Positions 18,117-27,348 of a stretch of DNA of 64,000 nucleotides are shown here, in pieces (the first letter of the stretch is position 1; the number at the start of each line of letters is the position of its first letter). The position numbers were made by a program, and so were the translations under genes. Source of the DNA: Edaphobacter sp. (GTDB lineage Bacteria; Acidobacteriota; Terriglobia; Terriglobales; Acidobacteriaceae); NCBI GenBank assembly GCA_035656355.1, contig DASRSR010000194.1, positions 2,691 to 66,690 of the forward strand. The letters are read 5' to 3'. The notes beneath the pieces are model-generated. The model saw only the letters and a program-made list of their open reading frames with translations. It was not told the DNA's origin and made no database searches.

Positions 18117-20813
18117 TCAATCCGTCCGCAGGGCCTGCATCGGATCAATCATTGCCGCGCGCCTCGCCGGAACATATGCTGCCGCCATCCCGCCAGCCAG
18201 CAACAGAAAAGTGACAGCTCCCATTGTCCACGGATCACTCGGCGTCACTCCATATAGAAACATCTTTAAACCAAGGCTCCCAAGATACGCCAGGGCCACT
18301 CCGATGCAGATCCCTGCAGTCAGCATTCCTCCTGCCTGTCGCAAGACTAGCCACATCACGTCTTCTCTTTGAGCGCCCAGCGCCATTCGCAGGCCTAACT
18401 CTCTCGTGCGTTGGGCCACAAGATACGCCAGCAACCCGTAGATGCCAGCGATACACAACAGCAACGCCGAGCCTCCAAAGATCAACAGCAGCCTCGCAGC
18501 AAGCCGCTGGCTCCCATAGGAATCTTCTACCACCTGATCCATGGTTTTGAATTCGCTTGCCGACAATTCCGGACTCGCATCAACCATTAACTTCCGTAAC
18601 TCGGGGATCACCAATGCCGGACTTCGCTCTGTCCGTACAGCCAGGTCCATCGCGATGCCTTCGATCCCCCTGTAGAAGCTGCTATTCGGTGTGATCTGCG
18701 AAAGACAAACCTGTATCTCCGGTTGGGACTGTTGAGCTACCGATGTCTGGCGTGTGTCATCGAGCACTCCGACCACTACCGCCTGCCGGTTCTTATCGAG
18801 GCTCATGAGGCTTTCACCCAAAATCGCACCTGGATCCCGGTCATCTCCAAAATATTCCTTCACAAACGCTCGATTGACAACCACCACTCCCTGAGAGGAG
18901 GGTGTATCACCCTCATTGAAGAACCGGCCTTTCAACATGCGAAATCCAAAGACTTTCTGCGTCTCGGGTCCAACCGCTCTAAACTGTGCTCGCATATCAC
19001 GCCTTCGCACCTCGGCGGCGCTATTGCCGGAGACTCCAAGAGAAAATTCCATCTGAAAGGTTTTTCCCAGTGGCACCTCCGTCATCAACGCCGCGCTTTG
19101 AACTCCAGGAAGATGCTGCACGCGCTCCACCAGCGGTTCATAAAGCTCGGTCCTCATGTCGCGCCCCTCAAACTTATAAGCAGGAATCGTCATGTTCGCG
19201 ACGATGACATGTTGTGTGCGAAACCCGAGAGACACATGTTTCAACGCATAGATCGATCGCAGCAGCAGACCGCATCCAACCAGCAGCGTTAGCGACATGG
19301 AGATCTCCGTGATTACCAACAGCGTCCTTGCCCGATGCTGCCCTCGGCCTGCACCGTTCTGCTGACTCCCTTGACGCAGAGCGGGTTCAATCGACGCCTT
19401 GGCCGCGCCGATTGCGGGCCACATCGAGGTAAAAAGGGCACTGATCACGGTGAGACCGAGTAAAACTCCAATCACCGACATGTTTGGGACCAGTCGCCCG
19501 TAAATATGAAACTGTGTTGTAAGGCCATGCTCAAACAACTTCAGCGTTCCCATCGCCATGCCAATTCCCAGCACGGAAGCGAATCCGCTCAGCAATAGAC
19601 CTTCGATCAACAACTGCTGCACGATCTGCCATCGACTCGCTCCTAATGCGCCACGCACGGCAATCTCCCGCTGCCGCGTCGTTGCGCGTGCAAGCATAAG
19701 GCTCGTCACGTTCACACATGCAATCAGCCATAGCAGGCTCGATGCACCGAAGAGGGCGAGCAGCGCCTTTCTGAGATCGCCTTTGACCAGAGAATCTCCA
19801 TATCGCTGCAGGCTCACCGACGTCACCTGCTCGCGGTCGTAGGGATCGGCATAGTCCTTGGCCACCTCTGACTGAATTACTTTCAATTCGGCTTCAGCGT
19901 CCCTCATGCTCGTCCCAGCCTTGAGCCGCGCGATCACCTGATAGTTCGGCGTCACATTCCGAGTGCGCACCGCATCTTTACTGCCCAGCACGACCGGCAT
20001 CCATACCTGGGGAAGAGAACCTCCTGACGGAAACCCAAATTCGCGGGGCATTACGCCCGATACCGTATACGATTCTCCATTCAGCCTGACTGTCTTGCCA
20101 ATAATCGCTTCGTCTCCGCCGTAGATGCCCCGCCACACCGCATCGCTCAGAATCAGCATCCGCGCATCTTCGGGCTTCACCGATCCGGTATCCTGCCGCT
20201 CATCGAAGCCACGACCCATCGCCGGATGCACGCCAAGAGTCCTGAACAGCCCGGCACTTACCTTCGGAGCACTGACCTGCATCGCTCCGGTATTTCCTTC
20301 CAGAAAAGAAACGTGCTTATTCGCGTCGTAGAACGCAATCTCCTGCAATGAACGGCTACGCTTACGCCACTGTTGTATGTCCAGAAAGGGGCTCCCAAAG
20401 TTCACCACGCCCTTCTTACCTGCTTCCCTTACATCTATAAGCTGACTGGGGCTTTGGTATGGAAGCGAGCGCAACAGCACATGATCGACCACGGTGAACA
20501 TCGCGCACGTCGATCCAATTCCAACAGCGAGAGTCACAATCACCGTGACAGCAAAGCCGGGCGATCGCCTGAACGATCTGAGCGCATAGCGCAGGTCCTG
20601 CCCCAGTCGCTCCATCCTCCTCCATCTCCAAGATTCGTGAGTCGCATCTTTGATCAGAGGGACGTTCCCAAATTCCTTCATTGCTGCGGCATAGGCTTCT
20701 TCGTTGGACTCTCCCCGCTCCATTCTGTTCTGCACGTCCATCCGGATGTGAGCCTGGATCTCTTCGTCCAGCTCGGTCTTCCGCTTTTCGAAGATTCCAG
20801 ATAAAAACCTCAT
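18117..20813 (-). CDS. ADOP-type duplicated orphan ABC permease (MacB-PCD/FtsX x2)
   Basis: ELDEEIQAH prefix, QDLRYALRSFRRSPGF, REIAVRGALGA, RELGLRMALGA, IDPMQALRTD. Confidence 0.93.
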   Translation of the reverse strand: MRFLSGIFEKRKTELDEEIQAHIRMDVQNRMERGESNEEAYAAAMKEFGNVPLIKDATHESWRWRRMERLGQDLRYALRSFRRSPGFAVTVIVTLAVGIGSTCAMFTVVDHVLLRSLPYQSPSQLIDVREAGKKGVVNFGSPFLDIQQWRKRSRSLQEIAFYDANKHVSFLEGNTGAMQVSAPKVSAGLFRTLGVHPAMGRGFDERQDTGSVKPEDARMLILSDAVWRGIYGGDEAIIGKTVRLNGESYTVSGVMPREFGFPSGGSLPQVWMPVVLGSKDAVRTRNVTPNYQVIARLKAGTSMRDAEAELKVIQSEVAKDYADPYDREQVTSVSLQRYGDSLVKGDLRKALLALFGASSLLWLIACVNVTSLMLARATTRQREIAVRGALGASRWQIVQQLLIEGLLLSGFASVLGIGMAMGTLKLFEHGLTTQFHIYGRLVPNMSVIGVLLGLTVISALFTSMWPAIGAAKASIEPALRQGSQQNGAGRGQHRARTLLVITEISMSLTLLVGCGLLLRSIYALKHVSLGFRTQHVIVANMTIPAYKFEGRDMRTELYEPLVERVQHLPGVQSAALMTEVPLGKTFQMEFSLGVSGNSAAEVRRRDMRAQFRAVGPETQKVFGFRMLKGRFFNEGDTPSSQGVVVVNRAFVKEYFGDDRDPGAILGESLMSLDKNRQAVVVGVLDDTRQTSVAQQSQPEIQVCLSQITPNSSFYRGIEGIAMDLAVRTERSPALVIPELRKLMVDASPELSASEFKTMDQVVEDSYGSQRLAARLLLIFGGSALLLCIAGIYGLLAYLVAQRTRELGLRMALGAQREDVMWLVLRQAGGMLTAGICIGVALAYLGSLGLKMFLYGVTPSDPWTMGAVTFLLLAGGMAAAYVPARRAAMIDPMQALRTD

Positions 20814-21187
20814 GCTCTGTCTCCATCAGGAACGCCACGCATGATCGAGCCGATAACATCGACCATCTGTTGCCATCGTCCAAGGTCGGCTGCTAACTGC
20901 TTCTTGCCCGTGGGTGTAATGCGATAGAACTTTGCCCGCTGGTTACTCTCCGTCAGTTTCCATTCAGCACTTACCCATCCTTGACGTTCCAGCCGATGAA
21001 GTGCCGGATAGAGTGAGCCAGTCTCGACTTGAAGTGCATCTCCCGAGGTGCTCCGAAGCGTTTGTACAATGCCATAACCGTGCGCGGGGCCCCATTGCAA
21101 GGCGCGAAGGATAAGCATGTCGAGCGTCCCTTGGAGCAACTCGATACGATTCCTATATTGGTTTCTTCCGATCATAGATGTAGACAC
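20810..21187 (-). CDS. PadR-family regulator (acidobacterial type)
   Basis: LLQGTLDMLILRAL, HGYGI, GSLYPALHRLE, RAKFYRIT; 4-nt overlap with ADOP. Start is GTG 21187 or ATG 21175. Confidence 0.95.
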   Translation of the reverse strand: MSTSMIGRNQYRNRIELLQGTLDMLILRALQWGPAHGYGIVQTLRSTSGDALQVETGSLYPALHRLERQGWVSAEWKLTESNQRAKFYRITPTGKKQLAADLGRWQQMVDVIGSIMRGVPDGDRA

Positions 21188-21219
21188 TCTACTCCTAATG
21201 ATAGTAGAGTGTCTACATC
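21177..21219. promoter_or_regulatory. Perfect 17-bp inverted repeat, probable PadR operator
   Basis: GATGTAGACACTCTACT-N9-AGTAGAGTGTCTACATC; each arm contains the sub-palindrome TAGA-N3-TCTA. Confidence 0.7.
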
Positions 21220-21549
21220 CTCAAAGCCCGCCTCACTCAACGCCACGAAAGGTGCCGTGAATCTCTTCGAGGCGAATGGAGGCATTCTCCGTCCCGATTA
21301 CGGCTACGGCCATCAAGCTCGGCATACATTCCAGAACTCTCTTTGGAAAGACTCCCGGGGCATGACCAAGATCCACTTGCCCGATGGATTGGCAAAAAAG
21401 CACAGGCAATAGAAAACTGGAGTGCAAGAAGACATCGTGCAAGGTGCTTTCCTACCAGAACCCGCTTCACAGGAAAGCTTTTCCCGATGACTTATCTTCT
21501 CAAATGACTCTAAATAGCTTTAGAAGGTTCTTCTAAGTTATTGACTTGA

Positions 21550-21624
21550 TGGTGGGCACAGCAGGATTCGAACCTACGACTTCCACCGTGTGAAGGTGGC
21601 ACTCTACCGCTGAGTTATGCGCCC
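21550..21624 (-). tRNA. tRNA-Val(CAC)
   Basis: GGGCGCA acceptor stem, D-arm, CCACC-TTCACAC-GGTGG anticodon arm, GGTTCGAATCC T-arm, encoded CCA. Confidence 0.97.
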
Positions 21625-21797
21625 TGAAAGGGGTTCAAGCTGACGAGATAAGCTATTTACTATTAACAACTTAGCTGTCGAATCTGAATCTGGCACCGGC
21701 TAGGATCATAACTCTGCGGGTGCCATCTTTCTCGTCTCAATATACCTCATTTGCCTCTCTTTGTGGGCGGATGCGAGGGGTACAATAACTCAGCCCG

Positions 21798-22577
21798 ATG
21801 TCCGCTATCCCTCCCCACTCCGGCGTTTCCAATCGATTGGCTCAATCAGCTTCCGAAGATGGAGGCGTGAATCCTCCAGAATCTGACCCGAAAGCGCAAC
21901 ATGAAGCCGAAGATGGGGTTATGCAGGATATGGCTACGCTGGCTCTGAGTCCGCGATATATAGAAGGCTTCAAGGCTACTGGTGCTTCGCAGACAGCGGA
22001 GTTTGACCGGATGGATGATGCCGCCGTGATGCTTGCCTTGCGCGACGGCAACATGGCAAGTTTTGATTTTCTTGTCCAGAAGTATCGCAAGCCGATCATT
22101 CACTTTATGTACCGTATGGTCCATAATCAGGCCATCGCGGAAGAGCTGGCCCAGGAAGTTTTTCTTCGCGTATACCGGTCGCGCGAGACGTATCGGGCAG
22201 AGGCCCGGTTCAGCACTTGGCTTTACCGTATTGCCACCAACCTCGGGGTCAATTATGCCCGCGATACCCGGCACGAGCGTTCTGCCTCGACCATTTATCT
22301 GGATGCGACTGATCCGGAGACGGGGACAACGCCGGACGTAGCCGACAGCACTCCGGGAGCGGAAGCAGGGCTGCTTCGCCGGGAACGGCTGAATGCGATT
22401 CGACAGCATGTGATGGCACTGCCGGAGCGTCAACGTATGGCCGTGCTGATGCATAAATATGAAGGAATGGACTATCGCCAGATTGGTGAGGTGTTGAAGC
22501 TGAGCGAGTCCGCTACAAAGTCGTTGCTGTTTCGCGCATACCAGACGTTGCGCGAGAAACTTAAGGATTTTATTTAG
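21798..22577 (+). CDS. ECF RNA polymerase sigma factor
   Basis: AEELAQEVFLRVY, FSTWLYRIATN, LPERQRMAV, SATKSLLFRA. True start may lie further downstream. Confidence 0.93.
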   Translation: MSAIPPHSGVSNRLAQSASEDGGVNPPESDPKAQHEAEDGVMQDMATLALSPRYIEGFKATGASQTAEFDRMDDAAVMLALRDGNMASFDFLVQKYRKPIIHFMYRMVHNQAIAEELAQEVFLRVYRSRETYRAEARFSTWLYRIATNLGVNYARDTRHERSASTIYLDATDPETGTTPDVADSTPGAEAGLLRRERLNAIRQHVMALPERQRMAVLMHKYEGMDYRQIGEVLKLSESATKSLLFRAYQTLREKLKDFI

Positions 22578-22640
22578 TACCCTTCGAGGCGCGCACTGCA
22601 TCGATTCGACGCGCCGGAAGGAAAATTGGAAAGGGTCATT

Positions 22641-23162
22641 ATGATCTGCCAAAACTGCCAATCCGCTCTGCCTGAACTTCTGCTTGATCCGGCCGCGCCC
22701 TCAAATGAGGAGGTCCGCCGGCATCTGGAGTCTTGTTCCGCTTGCAACCAGGAGTTCAAATCTCTGGAAGCGACCTTCGCGTTGCTCGATACATGGACTG
22801 CGCCGGAGCCGTCACCCTATTTTGACCAGAAGTTGGCTGTGCGCCTGCGAGAAGAGCAGGCAATGCCACCGGCAGGATGGTTTGAACGTTTGCGGAGCCG
22901 ACTGCTGTTCAACACCGGCCGCCAATTCCGTCCTGCTCTGGCCGGAGCGCTGGCATTGGTACTTCTGATTGCAGGAGGAACCTTTGCCGACCTCTCTGGT
23001 TTTCCTCACAGCAGTAATGACCCCAAGGTATCGGCAACAGTGAATGATCTTCAGATTATGGACAAGAACGATCAGGCGCTGCAGACGATTGGGCTTCTTT
23101 TGCAGGATGAGGGGTCGAACAATGGGTCTGCCAATTCTTCAGTTCCCGATTCCACGCTATAA
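22641..23162 (+). CDS. Anti-sigma factor (zf-HC2/ZAS, single TM)
   Basis: HLESCSAC (HxxxCxxC); TM ALAGALALVLLIAGG. Confidence 0.85.
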   Translation: MICQNCQSALPELLLDPAAPSNEEVRRHLESCSACNQEFKSLEATFALLDTWTAPEPSPYFDQKLAVRLREEQAMPPAGWFERLRSRLLFNTGRQFRPALAGALALVLLIAGGTFADLSGFPHSSNDPKVSATVNDLQIMDKNDQALQTIGLLLQDEGSNNGSANSSVPDSTL

Positions 23163-23264
23163 AGTAGTAGCTACTGGTTCATCTCGCGCTGGAAAAGAAT
23201 AGGGAAGCGGTAGTTTTGTTCATTACTTCAGAAGTACGATGATTCTGGGCTTCGGTTTAGATCG

Positions 23265-23915
23265 ATGATAGCTCCTGCCAAAATTCGGCGCACCTTCTAC
23301 ACTGTGCTGGCAGCCATGTTGTTTGCCACTACGGTGCCGGCGTTTGCTGGACCGCGAAGAGGCGGCGGAGCCAGAGCGATGTTTGCTCCTCCTTCAATGA
23401 GAGGACAGTCCCCTCCACGGATGAATCAGGGGCATATGGGAAGGCCGCAGAAGCAGGAGCATCTGGGGCAATGGATGAACCGGCATAGCAATCTTTCACC
23501 GGCGCAACAGCAGCAGGCGCTTGAAAATGAGCCAGGGTTTCGCCGGCTTCCGCCGGAGACGCAGCAGCAGCTGCGAGACCGGTTGAAACAGCTTAACAAT
23601 ATGCCGCCGGAACAGCGCCAGCGTCTGATTGAGCGCAATGAAGCCATGGAGCGCCTGACTCCGCCGCAGCGGCAGCAGGTACGTTCGGCCATGCGCCAGT
23701 TTCGCGATCTACCTGACGATCGCCGTCGCATGGTTGCCCATGCCTTCCGCGACTTGCGGGAGATGCCGGTGCCTCAACGTCAATCCGTTTTGAACTCCGA
23801 TCGCTTCCGCAGTCAGTTCTCCGATCAGGAGCGAAGCACGCTCTCCAGTCTGCTGAAGATAGAGCCTTATCTGCCGGTTCATCCTTCGAACCAGGCACCT
23901 CAGACTGGAAAGTAG
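23265..23915 (+). CDS. Secreted helical repeat protein (DUF3106-like)
   Basis: Signal peptide ending PAFA; repeated L(S/P/T)PxQ(Q/R)Q units. Confidence 0.8.
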   Translation: MIAPAKIRRTFYTVLAAMLFATTVPAFAGPRRGGGARAMFAPPSMRGQSPPRMNQGHMGRPQKQEHLGQWMNRHSNLSPAQQQQALENEPGFRRLPPETQQQLRDRLKQLNNMPPEQRQRLIERNEAMERLTPPQRQQVRSAMRQFRDLPDDRRRMVAHAFRDLREMPVPQRQSVLNSDRFRSQFSDQERSTLSSLLKIEPYLPVHPSNQAPQTGK

Positions 23916-23943
23916 TCTGAATTACTCTGCGTTCTCCACAGCA

Positions 23944-24873
23944 TTAGCTTCGTAAGAAGTTCTTCACCAGGAAGAGGAGATTTGCGGGACGCTCCGCCAG
24001 GCGACGCATAAAGTAGGGAAACCACTCCGGGCCAAATGGCACATAGACGCGAACGCCGAATCCATCTGTGGCCAACTGGCGTTGCAGATCGCGGCGAATC
24101 CCATAGAGCATCTGAAACTCAAATGCATCTTTCGGTATCTTTTTTTCGCGGACGAAGGCGAGCAGTTTCTCAATAATGCTTTCATCATGAGTTGCGATGC
24201 CGCAGAAGACACCTTTACCTTCCCTGGAAAATGTGACCAGTTGCTTCATCAGGCGAATGTAGCTGGCATCGACTTCTGCTTTGGAGGCAAAGGCGATAGC
24301 CGGGCTTTCGTTATAGGCTCCTTTGCATAGCCTGATGCGAATCCCCTGATTCAGGAGACGCGTTGCGTCTTCTGGGGTGCGGTAGAGATATGCCTGCAAC
24401 ACTGTGCCGACGCAGCCGGGAAAGCGCGCTGCCAGACGTTCGGTCATGGCGATGGTGGCTTCGGTGTAGAAGGAGCTTTCCATATCGATTCGCACGAAGC
24501 TGTGCATCGCTGAGGCGTGTTCGACTAATTCACCCATAATGCGCTCGGCCAGCTCAGGGTCGAATTCCATTCCCATCTGCGAGAGCTTTACGCTGATGTT
24601 GGCGTTGAGCTTGTGGTCTGAGATTGCGTCAAGAAGCCGATGATAGACATCGGCTGCAGCACGAGCTTCCGGTTCGCTACGTACGCTTTCGCCCAGGAAA
24701 TCGAGGGTTACAGCGATGCATTCCTGATTAACGCGTTCGCATACGGCGAGCGCATCTTCTATCGTCATGCCAGCGATGAACCGGCTCGACAGTTTGCGGC
24801 CGATTGAAGAGCGTTCTGAGAAGTTGCGAAGCCTTTTATTTTGCGAGAGGGCGATCAATACGGAACGCAGCAA
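23944..24873 (-). CDS. Monofunctional proline dehydrogenase
   Basis: SRFIAG, NISVKLSQMG, VRIDMES, RLCKGAY, EFQMLYG, YFMRRLAERPAN. Confidence 0.93.
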   Translation of the reverse strand: MLRSVLIALSQNKRLRNFSERSSIGRKLSSRFIAGMTIEDALAVCERVNQECIAVTLDFLGESVRSEPEARAAADVYHRLLDAISDHKLNANISVKLSQMGMEFDPELAERIMGELVEHASAMHSFVRIDMESSFYTEATIAMTERLAARFPGCVGTVLQAYLYRTPEDATRLLNQGIRIRLCKGAYNESPAIAFASKAEVDASYIRLMKQLVTFSREGKGVFCGIATHDESIIEKLLAFVREKKIPKDAFEFQMLYGIRRDLQRQLATDGFGVRVYVPFGPEWFPYFMRRLAERPANLLFLVKNFLRS

Positions 24874-24945
24874 TGGTACCCCCGAAAAACTTCAGGTAAT
24901 TGTCCCATGCCAGATGTCTTAAGGCGAATGGTTCAGGGAATATAT

Positions 24946-25024
24946 CGCGCCTTCAGCGCTCTAATCTTGACCCGCGTTTACCTGAGCCTACGGCCAAGCT
25001 GATATGGAACGGACCGTTGGTCCT
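24946..25024. repeat. REP-like repeat, family E
   Basis: CGCGCCTTCAGCGCT...GGACCGTTGGTCCT; aligns by eye with 54831-54913. Confidence 0.65.
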
Positions 25025-25058
25025 AAAGGCAAAGAATTTTAGCTTTTATGAGAACCGT

Positions 25059-26942
25059 TCAGGGGCGCTGGCCGAGTTTGTTATTCTTTACCGCTGTCTG
25101 CATCGGAGTGACGACGGGCGAGGCGGCACCGATAAATTCGAAGATGCTATCGACGTAATTGTCTGTCGTCCAGACGTTGCCTGATGCATCAAGCGCGATG
25201 CCAACTTCTCCGGTTGCGCCGGCAGAGATGTAGCCTGTCGCCGGAGAGATCGCTGCTCCCGATGAGGTGAATCGGCTGATTGAGCCGTCGGTGTTGGCAG
25301 TCCATACTGTGTTGGCGCCATCGACCGCTACTGCACTTACCTCGGCCGGAGTCGCATAGCCCGCCCCGGAGGAGGGAGTTCCATTGCTGCTCAACTTTGT
25401 GACCGATGCGCGATTGAAGTTGGCCACCCAGGCAGATCCTGTTGCATCGATGGCAATGCCAACTGGGCCAGACATGCCGCCTCCAGAGTAGCCTGTGATA
25501 CTGGCGGGTGCTCCTGAGGAGGTGAACTTCGATACACCATTGCTGTTGCCAGAGTTTGCAATCCAGATATTCTGTGACGCGTCGATGGCAACAGCGTAGG
25601 GAACATCTAATCCTCCGCCAGCTAACTGTCCGGTAAGGGTCCCTGCCGGAGTAAACTTCAGAACGGTGTTATAGAGATTGGCGCCCCAGACATTTCCAGA
25701 AGCATCGAGAGCCAACGCAACCAGACGGTTTGATCTGGAGGAGCCGTAACCCGAAGTTCCAGAGAGTGCGGACCCGTTGGAGGCATGTTTGCTAACGCTT
25801 CCTGTGCCTTCATTGGCGCTCCAGATATTTCCAGTTGCATCGATGGCAACGGCTTCCGGATAACTGAGACCTCCGCCAGTAAAGCCAGCCGTGGGGGAGA
25901 GTGGTGCTCCAACGGGGCTAAATTCGCTGAGGCTTCCAGGGTCGATTGCATTCGGAGCCCAGATATTTCCCTGACCGTCGACCGCAAGCAACTGGGGACG
26001 ATTCAAGCCACCTCCAGTGTATTCAATGCTCAATGTCCAATCGGAGGGGGCATTGGCGAGATTCGGTTGATAAGCGGGTTGTGCCGTTGCCAGTGTGTAG
26101 AGGCTCGCAACATTGATGCCGGGATTCAGAGCTATCTCGAGGAGAGCGCTCAATGTGTCCGTGGGTGCGGAGCCTCCGGCGGGAGTTGTCAGCGAGAACA
26201 ACTGCTGGCACTGCGATCCATCTTTCGAATCGACACAGGCGGCAATAATGTTTGCCAGTGTATTGATAGTTGATTGCGGCACTGTGCCGTTGCCTGCGGG
26301 AGTTTTGGAACGCGCAGCGCCATTGGTGTCGACGAGATTGTTTACGGTTGAGAATGCATTGACGAGGCCAGTGACATTTGTGCTGCTGGTGCCAACGTCG
26401 GTGCTTCCGGGCGACATGAACTGTGCCAGCGCGTAGACCGAAGCGACGGACGAGACTTCGCTGACATCGATGACCATTCCGGCGCTCAAATCGCCGCAGC
26501 GGCCAAGTGCGGACATCAGTGTGGATTTCGCATTATCGCCGTTGCCAGCATCGCCGCCTTTTGCAATCAGGTAAACCAGAGAGTCTGCTGAAGGGCAAGT
26601 GAAGCTGTCCGGGATACTGAATTTGCCATTAGGATCGGTGGTGACGGTGCCGCTTAAGAGCGATGTCGCGCCTGTGCCGTACCCGGAATTTCCGGCAGCA
26701 TAGAGATAAATGGTTGCGCCCGCGAGTGGCTTTTGACCTCCATGCACCGTGCCGCTCATGGCGACGCCTGCCGTTGGCGTTGCCGGCGTGTTGCCGCTGC
26801 TGCCACTGCCAGGGCTGGATATTGATCCACTGTTGTTAGCGCCGCCGGCACATCCAGCAAGACCAAATGCTGCCGCGAGCCCAAGCAACAGGACTCCCTG
26901 GAACGGTGAACAAAGGCTTCTAACGCTGCGGAATATGGTCAT
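25059..26942 (-). CDS. NHL-repeat beta-propeller lipoprotein
   Basis: Lipobox LAGC; repeats of P-AVAID--GNIWIAN; Ig-like N-terminal region. Confidence 0.85.
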   Translation of the reverse strand: MTIFRSVRSLCSPFQGVLLLGLAAAFGLAGCAGGANNSGSISSPGSGSSGNTPATPTAGVAMSGTVHGGQKPLAGATIYLYAAGNSGYGTGATSLLSGTVTTDPNGKFSIPDSFTCPSADSLVYLIAKGGDAGNGDNAKSTLMSALGRCGDLSAGMVIDVSEVSSVASVYALAQFMSPGSTDVGTSSTNVTGLVNAFSTVNNLVDTNGAARSKTPAGNGTVPQSTINTLANIIAACVDSKDGSQCQQLFSLTTPAGGSAPTDTLSALLEIALNPGINVASLYTLATAQPAYQPNLANAPSDWTLSIEYTGGGLNRPQLLAVDGQGNIWAPNAIDPGSLSEFSPVGAPLSPTAGFTGGGLSYPEAVAIDATGNIWSANEGTGSVSKHASNGSALSGTSGYGSSRSNRLVALALDASGNVWGANLYNTVLKFTPAGTLTGQLAGGGLDVPYAVAIDASQNIWIANSGNSNGVSKFTSSGAPASITGYSGGGMSGPVGIAIDATGSAWVANFNRASVTKLSSNGTPSSGAGYATPAEVSAVAVDGANTVWTANTDGSISRFTSSGAAISPATGYISAGATGEVGIALDASGNVWTTDNYVDSIFEFIGAASPVVTPMQTAVKNNKLGQRP

Positions 26943-27132
26943 TCTTTCAAGGCCAAGAACGAGATAAAGTTCGTCCTGAAGACCAAAGTAACAACCATAA
27001 CGAAATCTGACTCTCCCACATCAGGGAAAAAGCTGTACAACATTCAGGTCATCAGGAATAAAGAGAGATACCGCTGCGACCTTCAATCGAAAAGAGATAA
27101 CTTTAGACAGGTACAGGTACTTTAACGTGCAA

Positions 27133-27159
27133 AAGGAGCTCGAAAGCTTCGAGCTCCTT
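27133..27159 (-). terminator. Intrinsic terminator after the GT2 gene
   Basis: AAGGAGCTCGAA-AGC-TTCGAGCTCCTT stem; short T run on the minus strand. Confidence 0.6.
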
Positions 27160-27264
27160 CGTTGTTTCTATAAGTTCATTATATCAATCGAGTCAAGCGT
27201 GGCGAATAGGAACCAGATTAAAGACAAGAAATCAGGAGTGCCTGTTGAAGGCCTCGAATGCACC

Positions 27265-27328
27265 CTCAGGGGCTAAAGCCCCATTTTAGGCAACAACTTT
27301 ACGGCACGGCTGAAGCCGTGCCCTTAAC
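27265..27328. repeat. REP-like repeat, family A
   Basis: CTCAGGGGCTAAAGCCCC...TTTACGGCACGGCTGAAGCCGTGCCCTTAAC; also at about 4303, 38442 and 54987. Confidence 0.85.
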
Positions 27329-27348
27329 CAGGGGGCTTCATTTATAGA

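Noticed and set aside
5826-21549. Intact prophage or ICE at tRNA-Val
   Set aside because: No integrase, no phage genes, and no direct repeat of the tRNA 3' end found
21691-21706. Sigma-54 promoter (TGGCAC here and at 55138)
   Set aside because: No TTGC at -12 with correct spacing; the 55138 copy is part of a REP remnant
21700-21745. Autoregulatory ECF promoter (CATAAC...CGTC)
   Set aside because: Spacing is 20 nt, too long for a typical ECF -35/-10 pair
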